Assembly: GCA_051294375.1 (NCBI GenBank)
Contig: CM119264.1
Location: 5,482,218-5,546,217 of the forward strand
DNA: 64,000 bases
Direction of reading: 5' to 3'
DNA from: Paraspadella gotoi
Lineage: Eukaryota; Animalia; Chaetognatha
Both the position numbers and the translations under genes were made by a program. The number at the start of each line of letters is the position of its first letter. Position 1 is the stretch's first letter. Shown here in pieces: positions 25,132 to 36,444 of this stretch. The notes under the pieces are model-generated. The model saw only the letters and a program-made list of their open reading frames with translations. It made no database searches and was not told the DNA's origin.

Positions 25132-26765
25132 TTCCATCATTATGATCCCTCTTAAACTTTTTTCTCCCGCTTCAAAATGGCGAACCGACCTCCCTACTCT
25201 TCTTTCCATTCTTGAGTCGGGCCGCGTCTCTCTTCAAGTTAGTACATATTATTATATTCAAAATATAATCATAAATATACAAACCTCTTCGTTTACAAAC
25301 AATTTACATTGATATAGGTGAAATCAACTAACTACCAATACACTAACAGTTCAAATTAATCGATCTCCCCTTTCCAAACCCAGCGAGCGTCATTACAAAA
25401 GGCTGTGGATAAGGCGCTAAGTGGGCTGAAGATGACTATCCTTCTATTTTCGACCTCTCGCATTCCTTGACCCTTGGTCTTACCTCACCCGAAAGCTTCC
25501 TTACTTTCACGCCGCCTCCGCTCACTTATCCACGTTATTCAGGTAACTCATACAATATTTTCTTTTCAGGTCTCTCGCTTTTATTTCCTTGACTTTCTCA
25601 GTTTCAAATGTCACCTCCATAAGTTTCGTTATTCTTTTGTATTCTAAGTAAGGAGCCAGTAACTGGACGCTCTAATGACCGATACCAAACCTTTGATAAC
25701 AACAAGCACAAGCAAGCCCTCATTCACGGCCACCTCACGTGAGATAGCCTCACGACAACCTCATTCACCCTGTTGCAGTTGGTCCCCCCTCTAGCGACCC
25801 CCAGTTTACTTAGACAGGGTTTGTCCGGATTTTATCTCCAAGTCCCTTTTTGTTGACTTCCTACCTATACTCGGTTTTCCTCTCCTTCTAGTCGCCAGAG
25901 GGAATATTTTTTTCCCCGCCAACAGAAAGACGCTGCTATCGGCTCCGAACAACGCGAACGCCATTGAGAAGTCGACGCGATTGACGACACGACGACCACG
26001 ACGTAAGCACGACGATGGAGACACAACTGGAACACAATGCGGAATAGGCGCTTGGAAGGGAAGAAATGCAATTCAAAAATCATAAATATACTGAGAGACA
26101 TATCAAACGCTCAACAAAGTAACCACTTACGAATTAAAGAAGTGCGATATTAGTTTGTTATTTCTGTGGCATTTTTTACTTACTGGTAGATCGCAGCTGC
26201 AATGGTGTACGAGTGCTGGAATATGTGTGATTTTGGGACGATAGCCTGTAGGAGAACAGACGGAAATTATCTGTCGCTCTGCGTGTAATATGATGTGTCC
26301 GAAATTAGTATTCTCTGTCTCCAAGGCTTGGGTTTTTCATTCCCCAACGAATGCCCGTGAGTATTGATCTCGGAATGTATTGATACTTTGCGTCCGTATT
26401 AGCCCCATTTAAATCTAGAATTTTTTTAAGTGTAGTATGAGTAGTAAATATTATTTGTATGACGTATTATTATCGTTGATATACCTTCAGATAAGACGAC
26501 GACGAGAGAGATATATTGTATGTTATATCAATTAGTACAGATAGAGTTAAGAATCTTAGGATATGGAATGCGCGGGCACATATCCTTTTGCCGTTATAGT
26601 TTGTCTTTACAGTATGTGGATTCTGGGAAGAGCAATGAGTGCTTAATTCATGTACAGAGTCCATTTTTTTTTTAATCTTCAGCCGGCTGGGTGTTTCAGG
26701 ACTGTGTACTAGTCAACGTCTTCCGTGGCTAACCTTTCTTTCATTTTCTTCTCTCTTCTCTCTCT

Positions 26766-26801
<36 letters not shown>

Positions 26802-27057
26802 TCTCTCTCTCCCTCTTGCAGAGAGAGGAGGATGAGATGCCATGGGCTGTCAACTCTTCCGTCTCCAACCTCATATTTCCAAGACGCCAGTTTCCACTTT
26901 TACTCCAGATTTTTTTGTTCTTTTGAAAAAAAAATTTCGCCATCAAAGTTTTTGGCTCCGAGAATCTCAGACTGTCATTTTCTATTAAAAATGATTTTCA
27001 TTTTGGTTGAGGAACTGTAATGCTGGGAAAAATAATGTTGTAGTACCTGGTTCCGGT

Positions 27058-27121
<64 letters not shown>

Positions 27122-27422
27122 TCCATTCATTATGATCCCTCTAAACTTTTTTCCTCCGCCGCTTCAAAATGGCGACACGAGCTCCTACTCTTCTTTCCAT
27201 TCTTGGTCGGGCCGGCGTCTCTTTCAAGTGATTATTTATTTATTCCTCAAAATAATCATAATATAACAAACCTTTCTGTTTACAAACAATTACATTGATA
27301 TAGGTGGAAATCAACTAACTCAATACACTAACAGTTTCAAATTAATCGATCTCCCTTTCCAAACCAGCGAGCGTCATTACAAAAGGCTGGGATAAGGCGC
27401 TAAGTGGGCTGAAGATGACTAA
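23547..27422. repeat. Tandem duplication of about 1.9-2.0 kb (23547-25440 vs 25447-27422), likely assembly artefact
   Basis: Colinear unique sequence differing mostly by 1-3 bp indels; bracketed by 25-N gaps at 23447-23471 and 27750-27774. Confidence 0.8.
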
Positions 27423-27580
27423 TCCCGGCAAGACTCTATAACCCCCTCTAGCAGACATGGAACGGTCCTGGGCTTGGAACCAGGCTTGAGGGTTTGCCAC
27501 GCCTCCCAAGGCGGTACGCGTCCTAACTCTTCCCGCAGGGTAGGTACCAGGTGGGAGCAATGCCCACTACAAGGCGTTCT
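27232..27580 (-). mobile_element. Short dispersed element related to the putative LINE 5' UTR at 46414-46520
   Basis: 27389-27484 aligns by eye with 46414-46520 (GGATAAGGCGCTAA...ACCCCCTC.AGCAG.CATGGAACGG..GGGCTTGGAACCAG); hairpin-rich GC head and (TAAA)n-like end on the minus strand. Confidence 0.4.
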
Positions 27581-28024
27581 CATTTCCACCAGTTTTCCCC
27601 GGCCCCATTTTCTCCTCCAACCCCAATTTCCCCTAAAGCTCTCGATTGCCATTTTTGATTTCAAAATCTCCTTTCACCTCCCCGCCCACCCAGTAAGCCC
27701 TCCTGCCCATTTCGCTTCTTTTTTTTAGATTACCCCGCGGGAGTGTCGCNNNNNNNNNNNNNNNNNNNNNNNNNCGCATCTTTCCCCGTCGATGTTTATC
27801 CAAACCCTAATGATTGGATTCAAACGGGAATGACCTTTCGACCTCCAATCAGCAGCGGGACGTCGACGAATCCGACACCGATTCTCGATCCACCCACTTT
27901 TTTTCTTTTTTTCTTTTCTTTTTTTTTTTAGAAGGGGGAGAGTTAAGGTGGGTGAGTCGATTCCAATTTTTTTTGTTTGTTTGTTTTTCCGAGAAGAGAT
28001 TTCATCGACAAGAAATCGGAATGT

Positions 28025-28225
28025 GGGGAGGAAAAGAAGGAGAGAGGAAGAAGATTAAGAGGAGAGGGGAGGAAAAGGAGGAGAGAGGAAGAAGATTAAG
28101 AGGAGAGGGGAGGAAAAGAAGGAGAGAGGAAGAAGATTAAGAGGAGAGGGGAGGAAAAGAAGGAGAGAGGAAGTAGATTAAGAGGAGAGGGGAGGAAGAA
28201 GATTAAGAGGAGAGGGGAGGAAAAT
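28025..28225. repeat. 41-bp purine-rich minisatellite, about 4.5 copies
   Basis: GATTAA at 28053, 28094 and onward at the same period. Confidence 0.9.
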
Positions 28226-28981
28226 CCAAATTTGAAAAAATGAAGGAAAAGGAAAAAAAGTAAGGGTAAAAAAATGGGGGAAGGAATTGGGGAAAAACCA
28301 GGATGAGGGATAAAGAGAAAAATAGAGAAAAGGCAAAAACGGAAAAGAACGACAAACAAGCAAAAAACCTTTCCGATAAGAGCTAAACAAGGGAACAAAA
28401 AAGGGGGGGAAAAAAGGGAAAAAAAGAGAGGATTCTAAAGTGACAGAAAACCAATTTAATGAAAAAGTCAGAGATAGAAAATAAAAAAGTAAAAAAAAAA
28501 ACAAAGAAAAAAGGAGAGACAGAAAGACAGACAGAAAAAAAGAATGAAAGAAAGAAAGAAAGATAGACAAAGAAAAAAACTCTAAAAGTAATAAAATGTC
28601 CCGAAAAAAAGTAAGTAAAGAAAAAAACAAATAAAGAGAGAAGTTGGGCCAAACGCGCGTCAACGGACGAAACTTGAACAAATACGAAGGCCAATGGAGG
28701 ATTTCACTTCCGGAATATACATTGCAAGTCGCACGTAAGGACGAGCACGTCCCACGCAAGGAAGTGCAAATCGCACGCCAGGAAAAGCGTTGCGAGTAGA
28801 AAAGATGAGAATAAAATGGCGAAAGTGGAGAATCGAAAACGAGGCTGATACCGAAACATCAAATCAAAAAGAGAGAAGTACAAGAAAAAACATTAAATGA
28901 AGAGAGAGATAAAAGATTGCATCTTAAAAGGAATTGCAAAAATGAAGAAAGAAAAAAAATAAGGAAACAAACGACGTCGTC

Positions 28982-29268
28982 AAAAGATAGCAGCTTTGAA
29001 TAAAAAGATAGATAAAAAGATAGCAGCTTTGAATAAAAAGATAGATAAAAAGATAGAAGCTTTGAATAAAAAGATAGATAAAAAGATAGCAGCTTTGAAT
29101 AAAAAGATAGATAAAAAGATAGCAGCTTTGAATAAAAAGGTAGATAAAAAGATAGCAGCTTTGAATAAAAAGATAGATAAAAAGATAGCAGCTTTGAATA
29201 AAAAGATAGACAAAAAGATAGCAGCTTTGAATAAAAAGATAGATAAAAAGACAGCAGCTTTGAATAAA
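28982..29268. repeat. Near-perfect 33-bp minisatellite (AAAAAGATAGCAGCTTTGAATAAAAAGATAGAT), about 8.7 copies
   Basis: No indels and only four point substitutions; the plus strand reads (KKIAALNKKID)n. Confidence 0.95.
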
Positions 29269-30457
29269 ACCGCGAGAAATAAGCAAGAAGGAAAGCGTCA
29301 GACGCTAAAGGTCAAAGAGGAAAGTGGCGAGGGCAAAGTGGTAAGTGAAATAGGGGAGAATAAAATGGATTTATAAAGTGATGATGTTAAAGTATGAAAA
29401 ATAAAAGTTGAAACTTCGATAGGAAAAGAAAAAGAGGGAAAAATTAAATGTAAAAAAATTAGAAATGATAAATATATTAAGTTGGTTGAGGCGAGGAAAG
29501 TCGCAAACTGAAAGGGATAGAAGAAAATGGTTGAGAGAGAAGAGGATTTTTAAACAATACTTAATAGAAATGAAATATAAATCTGAAGATATATTTGGGT
29601 AAATAGAAAGATAATGAGGGAAATGTGGTCGGTGAACACGTGAAAGGAGGAGGACTGATCACGTAAAAGAAAAAGCGTGATATGAATGAGATGAAGAGCG
29701 AAAATGGTATTCCGAAGAAATAGATGCGAATTTATTTACGTTCGCGTAGACCAATGAGTATGAGCTTGACTATGAGAAGAGATAAGATGAGAGAGAGAGA
29801 GAGAGAGAGAGAGAAGAGAGAGAAGAGAGAGAGAGAGAAGAGAATGGAATAGCGAGAAAGCGAGAGACAAGATCACGTAAAAGAGAATTTTTTTTCATTT
29901 CAAATCTGGTCATCTTTCCTAAACAACCTTCAAATCATCCTATATGTTTCTCTCTCTCTTTCTCTCTTTCTCTCTTTCTCTCTTTCTCTCTCTCTCTCTC
30001 TCTAACTTTGATCCTGTCGTAACATCCTTTCTTCCGCCTCCCCTCACCCGCCCCCCCTACATCTTGGCAACTTCATTGCGCTTTTCTGGTTTTTTAAAGA
30101 CGAAAGATTCTCAGTTGGTGCCAGCGATGGAATTTTCGAAAACAACTCTCTCAGTTTTTCCTCGGGTCGGCGTGGCAATAGGGTTTCGGAGTTTATGGAA
30201 CCAAGACTTAGTATCTTTCGAGAAAACGTAAATCTCTATACGTAGTAAAATGATGGAAAATGATGGAAAATACGTTTTTCCCCTTTTTTCCGTTCACATC
30301 AACGTTTTGAAATTAACAAGAAGGTGAAAAGATCTCCAAATAACGGTCGCGATTTTCAGTTAACCACCCTATTATTGTACCGAAATCCATAAACTTTACC
30401 ATAATATTTAACTTTAAAAAAACGAACCCCTAAACATAATCCGTAACTTTAATACAA

Positions 30458-30550
30458 AGCCCTATCCATTAACCCTATACCCCTAACCCTTAACCTGTAC
30501 CCTAACCTAACCTAATCTAACCTAAACCCTGACTTAATACTTAATAACCC
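30458..30550. repeat. Degenerate interstitial CCTAA/CCCTAA telomere-like tract
   Basis: ccctaacccttaacctgtaccctaacctaacctaatctaacctaaaccct. Confidence 0.6.
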
Positions 30551-30686
30551 AAAAAATTAACTAAATTCCAAACATGAGCAGAAATACTAGAGATCTTTTG
30601 ACAGACAACGCCTCAAGATGATAGCGAGAGATTATGCTTGCTCCGGAGATTGCAAGCTTGCTCTCGAATCCCCCATCGGTACTCAC

Positions 30687-30807
30687 TCGGGCTGCAAGTT
30701 GGTTCGGAAATGACGCTGAGCGAGACGGCGAAGTTGTTTCCGCATTTGAAAGTTCCGGAGTCAAAGAGCCGCACGTTGCGTATGGAGAGAATGTAGGTGT
30801 CGTTGCC
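30687..30807 (-). CDS. IgSF gene exon D: E/F/G strands of V-type Ig domain 1
   Basis: Acceptor ttcttttgttcgcag|GGC, donor CCGA|gtgagt; 121 nt, phase 0 to 1: GNDTYILSIRNVRLFDSGTFKCGNNFAVSLSVISEPTCSP. Contains the classic Ig signature YxLxIxNVxxxDSGxFxC. Confidence 0.88.
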
Positions 30808-30885
30808 CTGCGAACAAAAGAACAGTTTGATCGACGTGCAAATAGAAAACACGGGCTGATTTTGAAACTTAACGTGTAAATTACA

Positions 30886-30896
30886 ATAATGATGAC

Positions 30897-30930
<34 letters not shown>

Positions 30931-30950
30931 TAATAATAATAATAATAATC
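30886..30950. repeat. (AAT)n microsatellite
   Basis: Direct inspection. Confidence 0.95.
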
Positions 30951-31292
30951 AATAAGTTTTGTAGAGTCATCACATCACTGTTTAATTTATTTAAAGAACG
31001 TCGAATTTATCCTGTTGTATTGTCTGACTCTCACCTGTTCTCTTCTCTCTCTTCTATCTCTCCTCTTTTTCCTTAGCTCTCTCTTCTACTCACTTCACTC
31101 TACCCTGAACACGATGATCTGTCAAAATAGATCGAAATATTGGTTTTCTATAAAAGAAAAAAAATACTGCACTTGATCCAAATTCGACGTTTTTCTTAAT
31201 TCATAAAATAATAATAATCATAATAATAATACATAATAATCAATCATAATAATAATACATATAGTTAATAATAACAAACTATATAGATTCAC

Positions 31293-31403
31293 CTGTTTTT
31301 CGAATCTGTACTTGAACAGATCGACGGATTGTCTGTCATAAGGTTGATCGCCGATCGAGAGAAATGATTTTCGTCCCACGCGCCCAAGTTGCACACCAAA
31401 CGG
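31293..31403 (-). CDS. IgSF gene exon C, full-length copy (5' part has indels, 3' part intact)
   Basis: Acceptor aaattcag|CC, donor AAACAG|gtgaat; 3' part reads FLSIGDQPYDRQSVDLFKYRFEKQ and ends in phase 0, joining exon D in frame. Confidence 0.75.
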
Positions 31404-31761
31404 CTGAATTTTTAAAATAATAAATACAACATCTAAAGTAGATACTGTGAACTGTTTAATACAATAAAAGTTATAATAATTTACGAAATAGTCGAAAAAA
31501 ATATAAGGAGAGACGAAATTCAACGTATTATTTAATTTTTTAACGCATGAAACTACGAAAGTATAAAATATTTAAATATATATAAGCGTAAGTAACTGTC
31601 TATGCAAATTTCCCCACCCACTCCGTCTCACAAGAAACCCTTGCTCTTGCCTTCTGACGCACCCTTGTTTGCCCTTGGACCGGTTTTCTGCGCGACGACA
31701 AATATCTCGGTGCCCCTTTTCCCTCGTTTTGCCGACCGAATCGAAAGGGAAGTCTTCTCAC

Positions 31762-31845
31762 TTTATGGCTTCGACCTGCGGCAGAAATCGGAAGAAGTGC
31801 GCAGGCACTAGAGTCTGCAAGACGCGCGAGCTCTCGGTTTTCGGC
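31762..31845 (-). pseudogene. Noisy duplicate of exon B
   Basis: Colinear with 35153-35236 inside the duplicated block; indels disrupt the frame and splice sites. Confidence 0.55.
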
Positions 31846-32753
31846 CTCGGGAAGACAAAAAAAACATAATAAAATCATGAAGCGCGTTATATGTGGAGAG
31901 AGAGAGAGAGGTAGGTAGGGATGAGAGAGAGAGAAGGAGAGAGAGAGGCAGAGAGAGAGAGAGAGAGAGAGATCGAAGAGGGAAAAAGAAAAACGAAGAA
32001 GAGAAGAAAGAAGAAGAAAAGAAGACGAAGAGAAGAAGGGAGTCGTGAGATTGTGTTCGTTTTAGGGTTAAGAGGAAAAAAGAAAAGAAAAGAGGAGAGA
32101 AAGAAGAGAAGAGAAGAGAAAGACAAGAAAAGAGAAGAGAGAAAGGAAGAGAAGCAAAGAGAAAGAAAGAAGAGAGAGAGAAGAAGAGAGAGAGAGAGTG
32201 AGAAGAGAGGGAAGAAGAAGAAAGAGAAAGAAAGAGAGAGGAAAAAAAGCGAAAGGAAGGAAGGTGATGATGATTGTTTGTCTCGTTTTAATGGGAGTTT
32301 GTTTGTTTAAAGAGAAATAAATTCTTTTTTTTTTTCTTCCTTTTTATTTGATCAATTTTCTTTAAATGATTTTATTCATTCTTTTCTTTATTTCTTTACC
32401 TTCTTTGAATATTTTCTTCTTTCATATTATCTTTCCTCCTTTTTCTTGTTCGATCTGTATCTGTACCGCTCGTCGTCCCTCTGTCTACTCTCTGCCTCTT
32501 CTTCGTCTCCCTCGCTGGAGAGAGAGAGTGCTCAGCCTCGAACGCAGCCCGACCCGACGACCGAACATCGAATCTTCATACCGCAATCGGATATGATATA
32601 CCTATAGTGTGGAGGGGTCACACGTGGGTCAGATGAAAAGGGAATTAGTTTCAGTGGAGGAAAAAATGCATGAAAGAAGTACGCCCTCCACTCGTAAAAA
32701 AAGGTGGGGGCGCGGCGAAAAAGGAAAATTAAGAAAACAGGAAGAAGAAAAAG

Positions 32754-32821
<68 letters not shown>

Positions 32822-33740
32822 TGAAGATCGCTTTTTGATTAGCGATTGGTTTTGTGAAACAATCTTTGCTGGGAAACTTTGGGGAAGAGAGGAGAGTCGA
32901 GAGAGAGAGAGAGAGAGAGAGAGTGAGAGAGTAAGAGAGAAGAGAGAGAGAGAGAGAGAGGAGAGACGAGAGACGGAAGATATGAGAGGGATGATGGGAC
33001 ATCAATATGATCACAGATAAAAAGTCCTGGAATGATTAGGATCTAATCTGGTTCTGAAAATAGAAAGACGAGGGAATAGAACAAACGAAAAAGAAGAAAA
33101 AGTATTGAAGGGATAAAGAAAGAAAGAAAAAACTAACAGATAAAAATATAAAAAAAGTAAGGAAATAAATGGGTAATGAAACATAGAAAGAGAAAGAGTG
33201 AAAACTAAGAACATGAGAAAACAGAAAGAAAGAAATTATAAAAGGAACAGAATAAAATTACAGGACAAAAAAAAACACCACAATTAACCTTAAATACAGA
33301 AACATTTAAGAAGAAAACCTAAAGAACGAAGGGGAAAAAATCTATTAATAGAAAACACAAGAAAGAAAAAAGAAGAAAAAGTGGTTTGTGAATGCGGAGA
33401 CGAGAGCCGTCTGGGTCAAGGATAGAAATCTCCATGCTCTCCCCCCTTTCCCCCCCTCCTCTCCCAATGGCCGGACTCGAGAGAAAGAAAAGAAATAGAA
33501 GAGAAAAAAAGGAGTGAAGAAGAAAAGGAACGGGGAATGAATAGAGAAAGAAAAAGAAGATTGAAAATAATAAAGAAAGAAAAAGAAAAAAGAAAAGAAA
33601 AAGAGAGAAAGAAGAAAGAAAGAAAAAAAGAAGAAAGAAAGAAAGAAAAAAGAAAGAAAGAAGAAAGAACGAAAGAAAGAAGAAAGAAAGAAAGGGAAAA
33701 AGGAAAGAAGAACAGAAAAGGAGAATATGATAAAAAGCGA

Positions 33741-33776
<36 letters not shown>

Positions 33777-34091
33777 AGAAAGAAAGAAAGAAGAAAAAAA
33801 GAAAAAAGAAAAAAGAAGAAAGTAAGAAAAAAGGAAAGAAAAGAAAGAAAAGATAGAAAGAAAAAAAGAAAAAATATAACAAAAAAAAGATAGAAAGAGT
33901 AAGAAGAAAGAAAAGAAGGACAGACAAGAGAAAGAATGAACGAAAGAAACGAAGAGAAAAAAAACGAAAGAAAAACGAAGAGGAAAAAAGACAGACAGAA
34001 AAAAGGCTGTGGAAGTGGACATACAAATTCCGCACCCGGGAATTGAGGAGAAATGAGATACCTGAAGAATGAAGTAATTTCATTCTCTCTC

Positions 34092-34137
<46 letters not shown>

Positions 34138-34736
34138 TCTCTCTCTCTCTCTCTCTTTTCTCTCCCCTTTCCTCCTCCCCCTTATCCTCCGCTTTTTTCT
34201 TCATACCCTTTTTTTTCGTAGAAAAATTAAATTATATTTATGGAGGGAGTTTTCCTATTAAAACTCACACAAAAAATTTGATAATAAAAACTTTCCCCTC
34301 TCAACTTGTAATTTAAAAAAGTATAAAGTTAAGTATTAATAAATAGAACAAAGAAACAGAAACGCATGTCCGCTTTGTTCTAGAGATTTTTGTTTTACAG
34401 AATTAACAAACTCTTGTTTTCTTTCGGAAAAAATTGGAAGTTTTCGTTTTTTTTTCGTTTTTTTTTTTTTTTGGAAAGCCTTTCGACAACGAAACGAATA
34501 AAAGTGTAAAAGTCCTGGAAAGGGACGACGCTAAGCCAGTAAACGGAAAAGAAAAAGAGAGGCAAGAGAAAAAAAGGCGAGGAAAAAGACAGAAATTAAA
34601 GAAAAGAAGGAAAATAGAAAAGAAGAAAGAAAAGAAGGGTAAAAAATTGTACGACTTTGAGATGCCAATCTCATTTTACGAGGAATCAAATCAGAAAAGG
34701 AGACCCGGTCGNNNNNNNNNNNNNNNNNNNNNNNNN

Positions 34737-34802
34737 AAGGTTGATCGCCGATCGAGAGAAATTGATTTTCGTCCACCGTAGCGCCAAGTTTCACCCAAAC
34801 GG
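34737..34802 (-). CDS. IgSF gene exon C, 5' part (C-strand Trp), truncated by the 25-N gap
   Basis: Acceptor aaaatcag|CC, phase 1: (A)VWVKLGATVDENQFLSIGDQP, then Ns. Confidence 0.7.
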
Positions 34803-35152
34803 CTGATTTTTAAAATAAATGAAATAAACAATTAAAGTAGATACTGGAACTGTATAATAACAATAAAAATTATAATAATTTTACGAAAATAGTCCGAAAA
34901 AAATATAAGGATGAGACAAAATTCTAAGTACTTTTTATTTTTTTAACGATGAATAATACGAAAGATAAAAATATTTAAATATATATAAGCGTAAGTACTG
35001 TATATGCAAATTCTGCCCCCCCCCCTCCTTCACAAGAAACCTTCTCTTCCTTCTGACGCCCTGTTTGCCCCTTGGACGTTTTCTGCCCGACAAAATTCGG
35101 TCGCCCCTTTTCCTCGTTTTGCCCGACGAATCGAAAGGAAAGTCTTTCTCAC

Positions 35153-35236
35153 CTTTATGCTTCGACCTGCAGGCAAATGAAACGGAAGAAGTCGCAGGCA
35201 CTAGAGTCTGCAAGACGCGGAGCTCTCGGTTTCGGC
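35153..35236 (-). CDS. IgSF gene exon B: start of Ig domain 1 with B-strand Cys
   Basis: Acceptor ttttgtttcccag|GC, donor AAAG|gtgaga; 84 nt, phase 1 to 1: (S)RNRELRVLQTLVPATSSVSFACRSKHK(A). Confidence 0.75.
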
Positions 35237-36410
35237 CTGGGAAACAAAACAAAACATAAATAAATCATGAAGNNNNNNNNNNNNNNNNNNNNNNNNNNNN
35301 NNNNNNNNNNNNNNNNNNNNNNNNNNNNNNNNNNNNNNNNNNNNNNNNNNNNNNNNNNNNNNNNNNNNNNNNNNNNNNNNNNNNNNNNNNNNNNNNNNNN
35401 NNNNNNNNNNNNNNNNNNNNNNNNNNNNNNNNNNNNNNNNNNNNNNNNNNNNNNNNNNNNNNNNNNNNNNNNNNNNNNNNNNNNNNNNNNNNNNNNNNNN
35501 NNNNNNNNNNNNNNNNNNNNNNNNNNNNNNNNNNNNNNNNNNNNNNNNNNNNNNNNNNNNNNNNNNNNNNNNNNNNNNNNNNNNNNNNNNNNNNNNNNNN
35601 NNNNNNNNNNNNNNNNNNNNNNNNNNNNNNNNNNNNNNNNNNNNNNNNNNNNNNNNNNNNNNNNNNNNNNNNNNNNNNNNNNNNNNNNNNNNNNNNNNNN
35701 NNNNNNNNNNNNNNNNNNNNNNNNNNNNNNNNNNNNNNNNNNNNNNNNNNNNNNNNNNNNNNNNNNNNNNNNNNNNNNNNNNNNNNNNNNNNNNNNNNNN
35801 NNNNNNNNNNNNNNNNNNNNNNNNNNNNNNNNNNNNNNNNTATTATCTTTCCTCCTTTTTCTTGTCGATCTGTCTGTCCGCTCGTCGTCCCTCTGTCTAT
35901 CTCTCCCTCTTTTCGTCTTCCCTCGCGGAGAGAGAGAGTTTGCTCAAGCCTCGAACGCAGACTCGATCCCGACGACCGAACATCGAATCTTCACTCCGCA
36001 AATTCGGATTATGATGAATATCATAGTGTGGAGGTCACGTGGGTCAGATGAAAAGGGAATTAGTTTCAGTGGAGGAAAAAATGCATGAAAGAAGTCGCCC
36101 TCCACTCGTAAAAAAAAAGAGGGGGCNNNNNNNNNNNNNNNNNNNNNNNNNNNNNNNNNNNNNNNNNNNNNNNNNNNNNNNNNNNNNNNNNNNNNNNNNN
36201 NNNNNNNNNNNNNNNNNNNNNNNNNNNNNNNNNNNNNNNNNNNNNNNNNNNNNNNNNNNNNNNNNNNNNNNNNNNNNNNNNNNNNNNNNNNNNNNNNNNN
36301 NNNNNNNNNNNNNNNNNNNNNNNNNNNNNNNNNNNNNNNNNNNNNNNNNNNNNNNNNNNNNNNNNNNNNNNNNNNNNNNNNNNNNNNNNNNNNNNNNNNN
36401 NNNNNNNNNN

Positions 36411-36444
<34 letters not shown>

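Noticed and set aside
28690-28760. LRATCNVYSGSEILHW as the missing Ig2 exon
   Set aside because: No acceptor AG or donor GT in suitable positions; the segment is a local CGTGCGA-TTGCA duplication.
30458-30550. Telomere or chromosome end
   Set aside because: Short, degenerate and intronic; it mixes TTAGG- and TTAGGG-like units, so it is not informative for taxon either.
33319-34204. Long Phe/Leu/Ser-rich or Lys/Arg/Glu-rich ORFs (and the many LSLS/ERER ORFs elsewhere)
   Set aside because: Translations of GA/GAAA low-complexity DNA that lack stops by composition.
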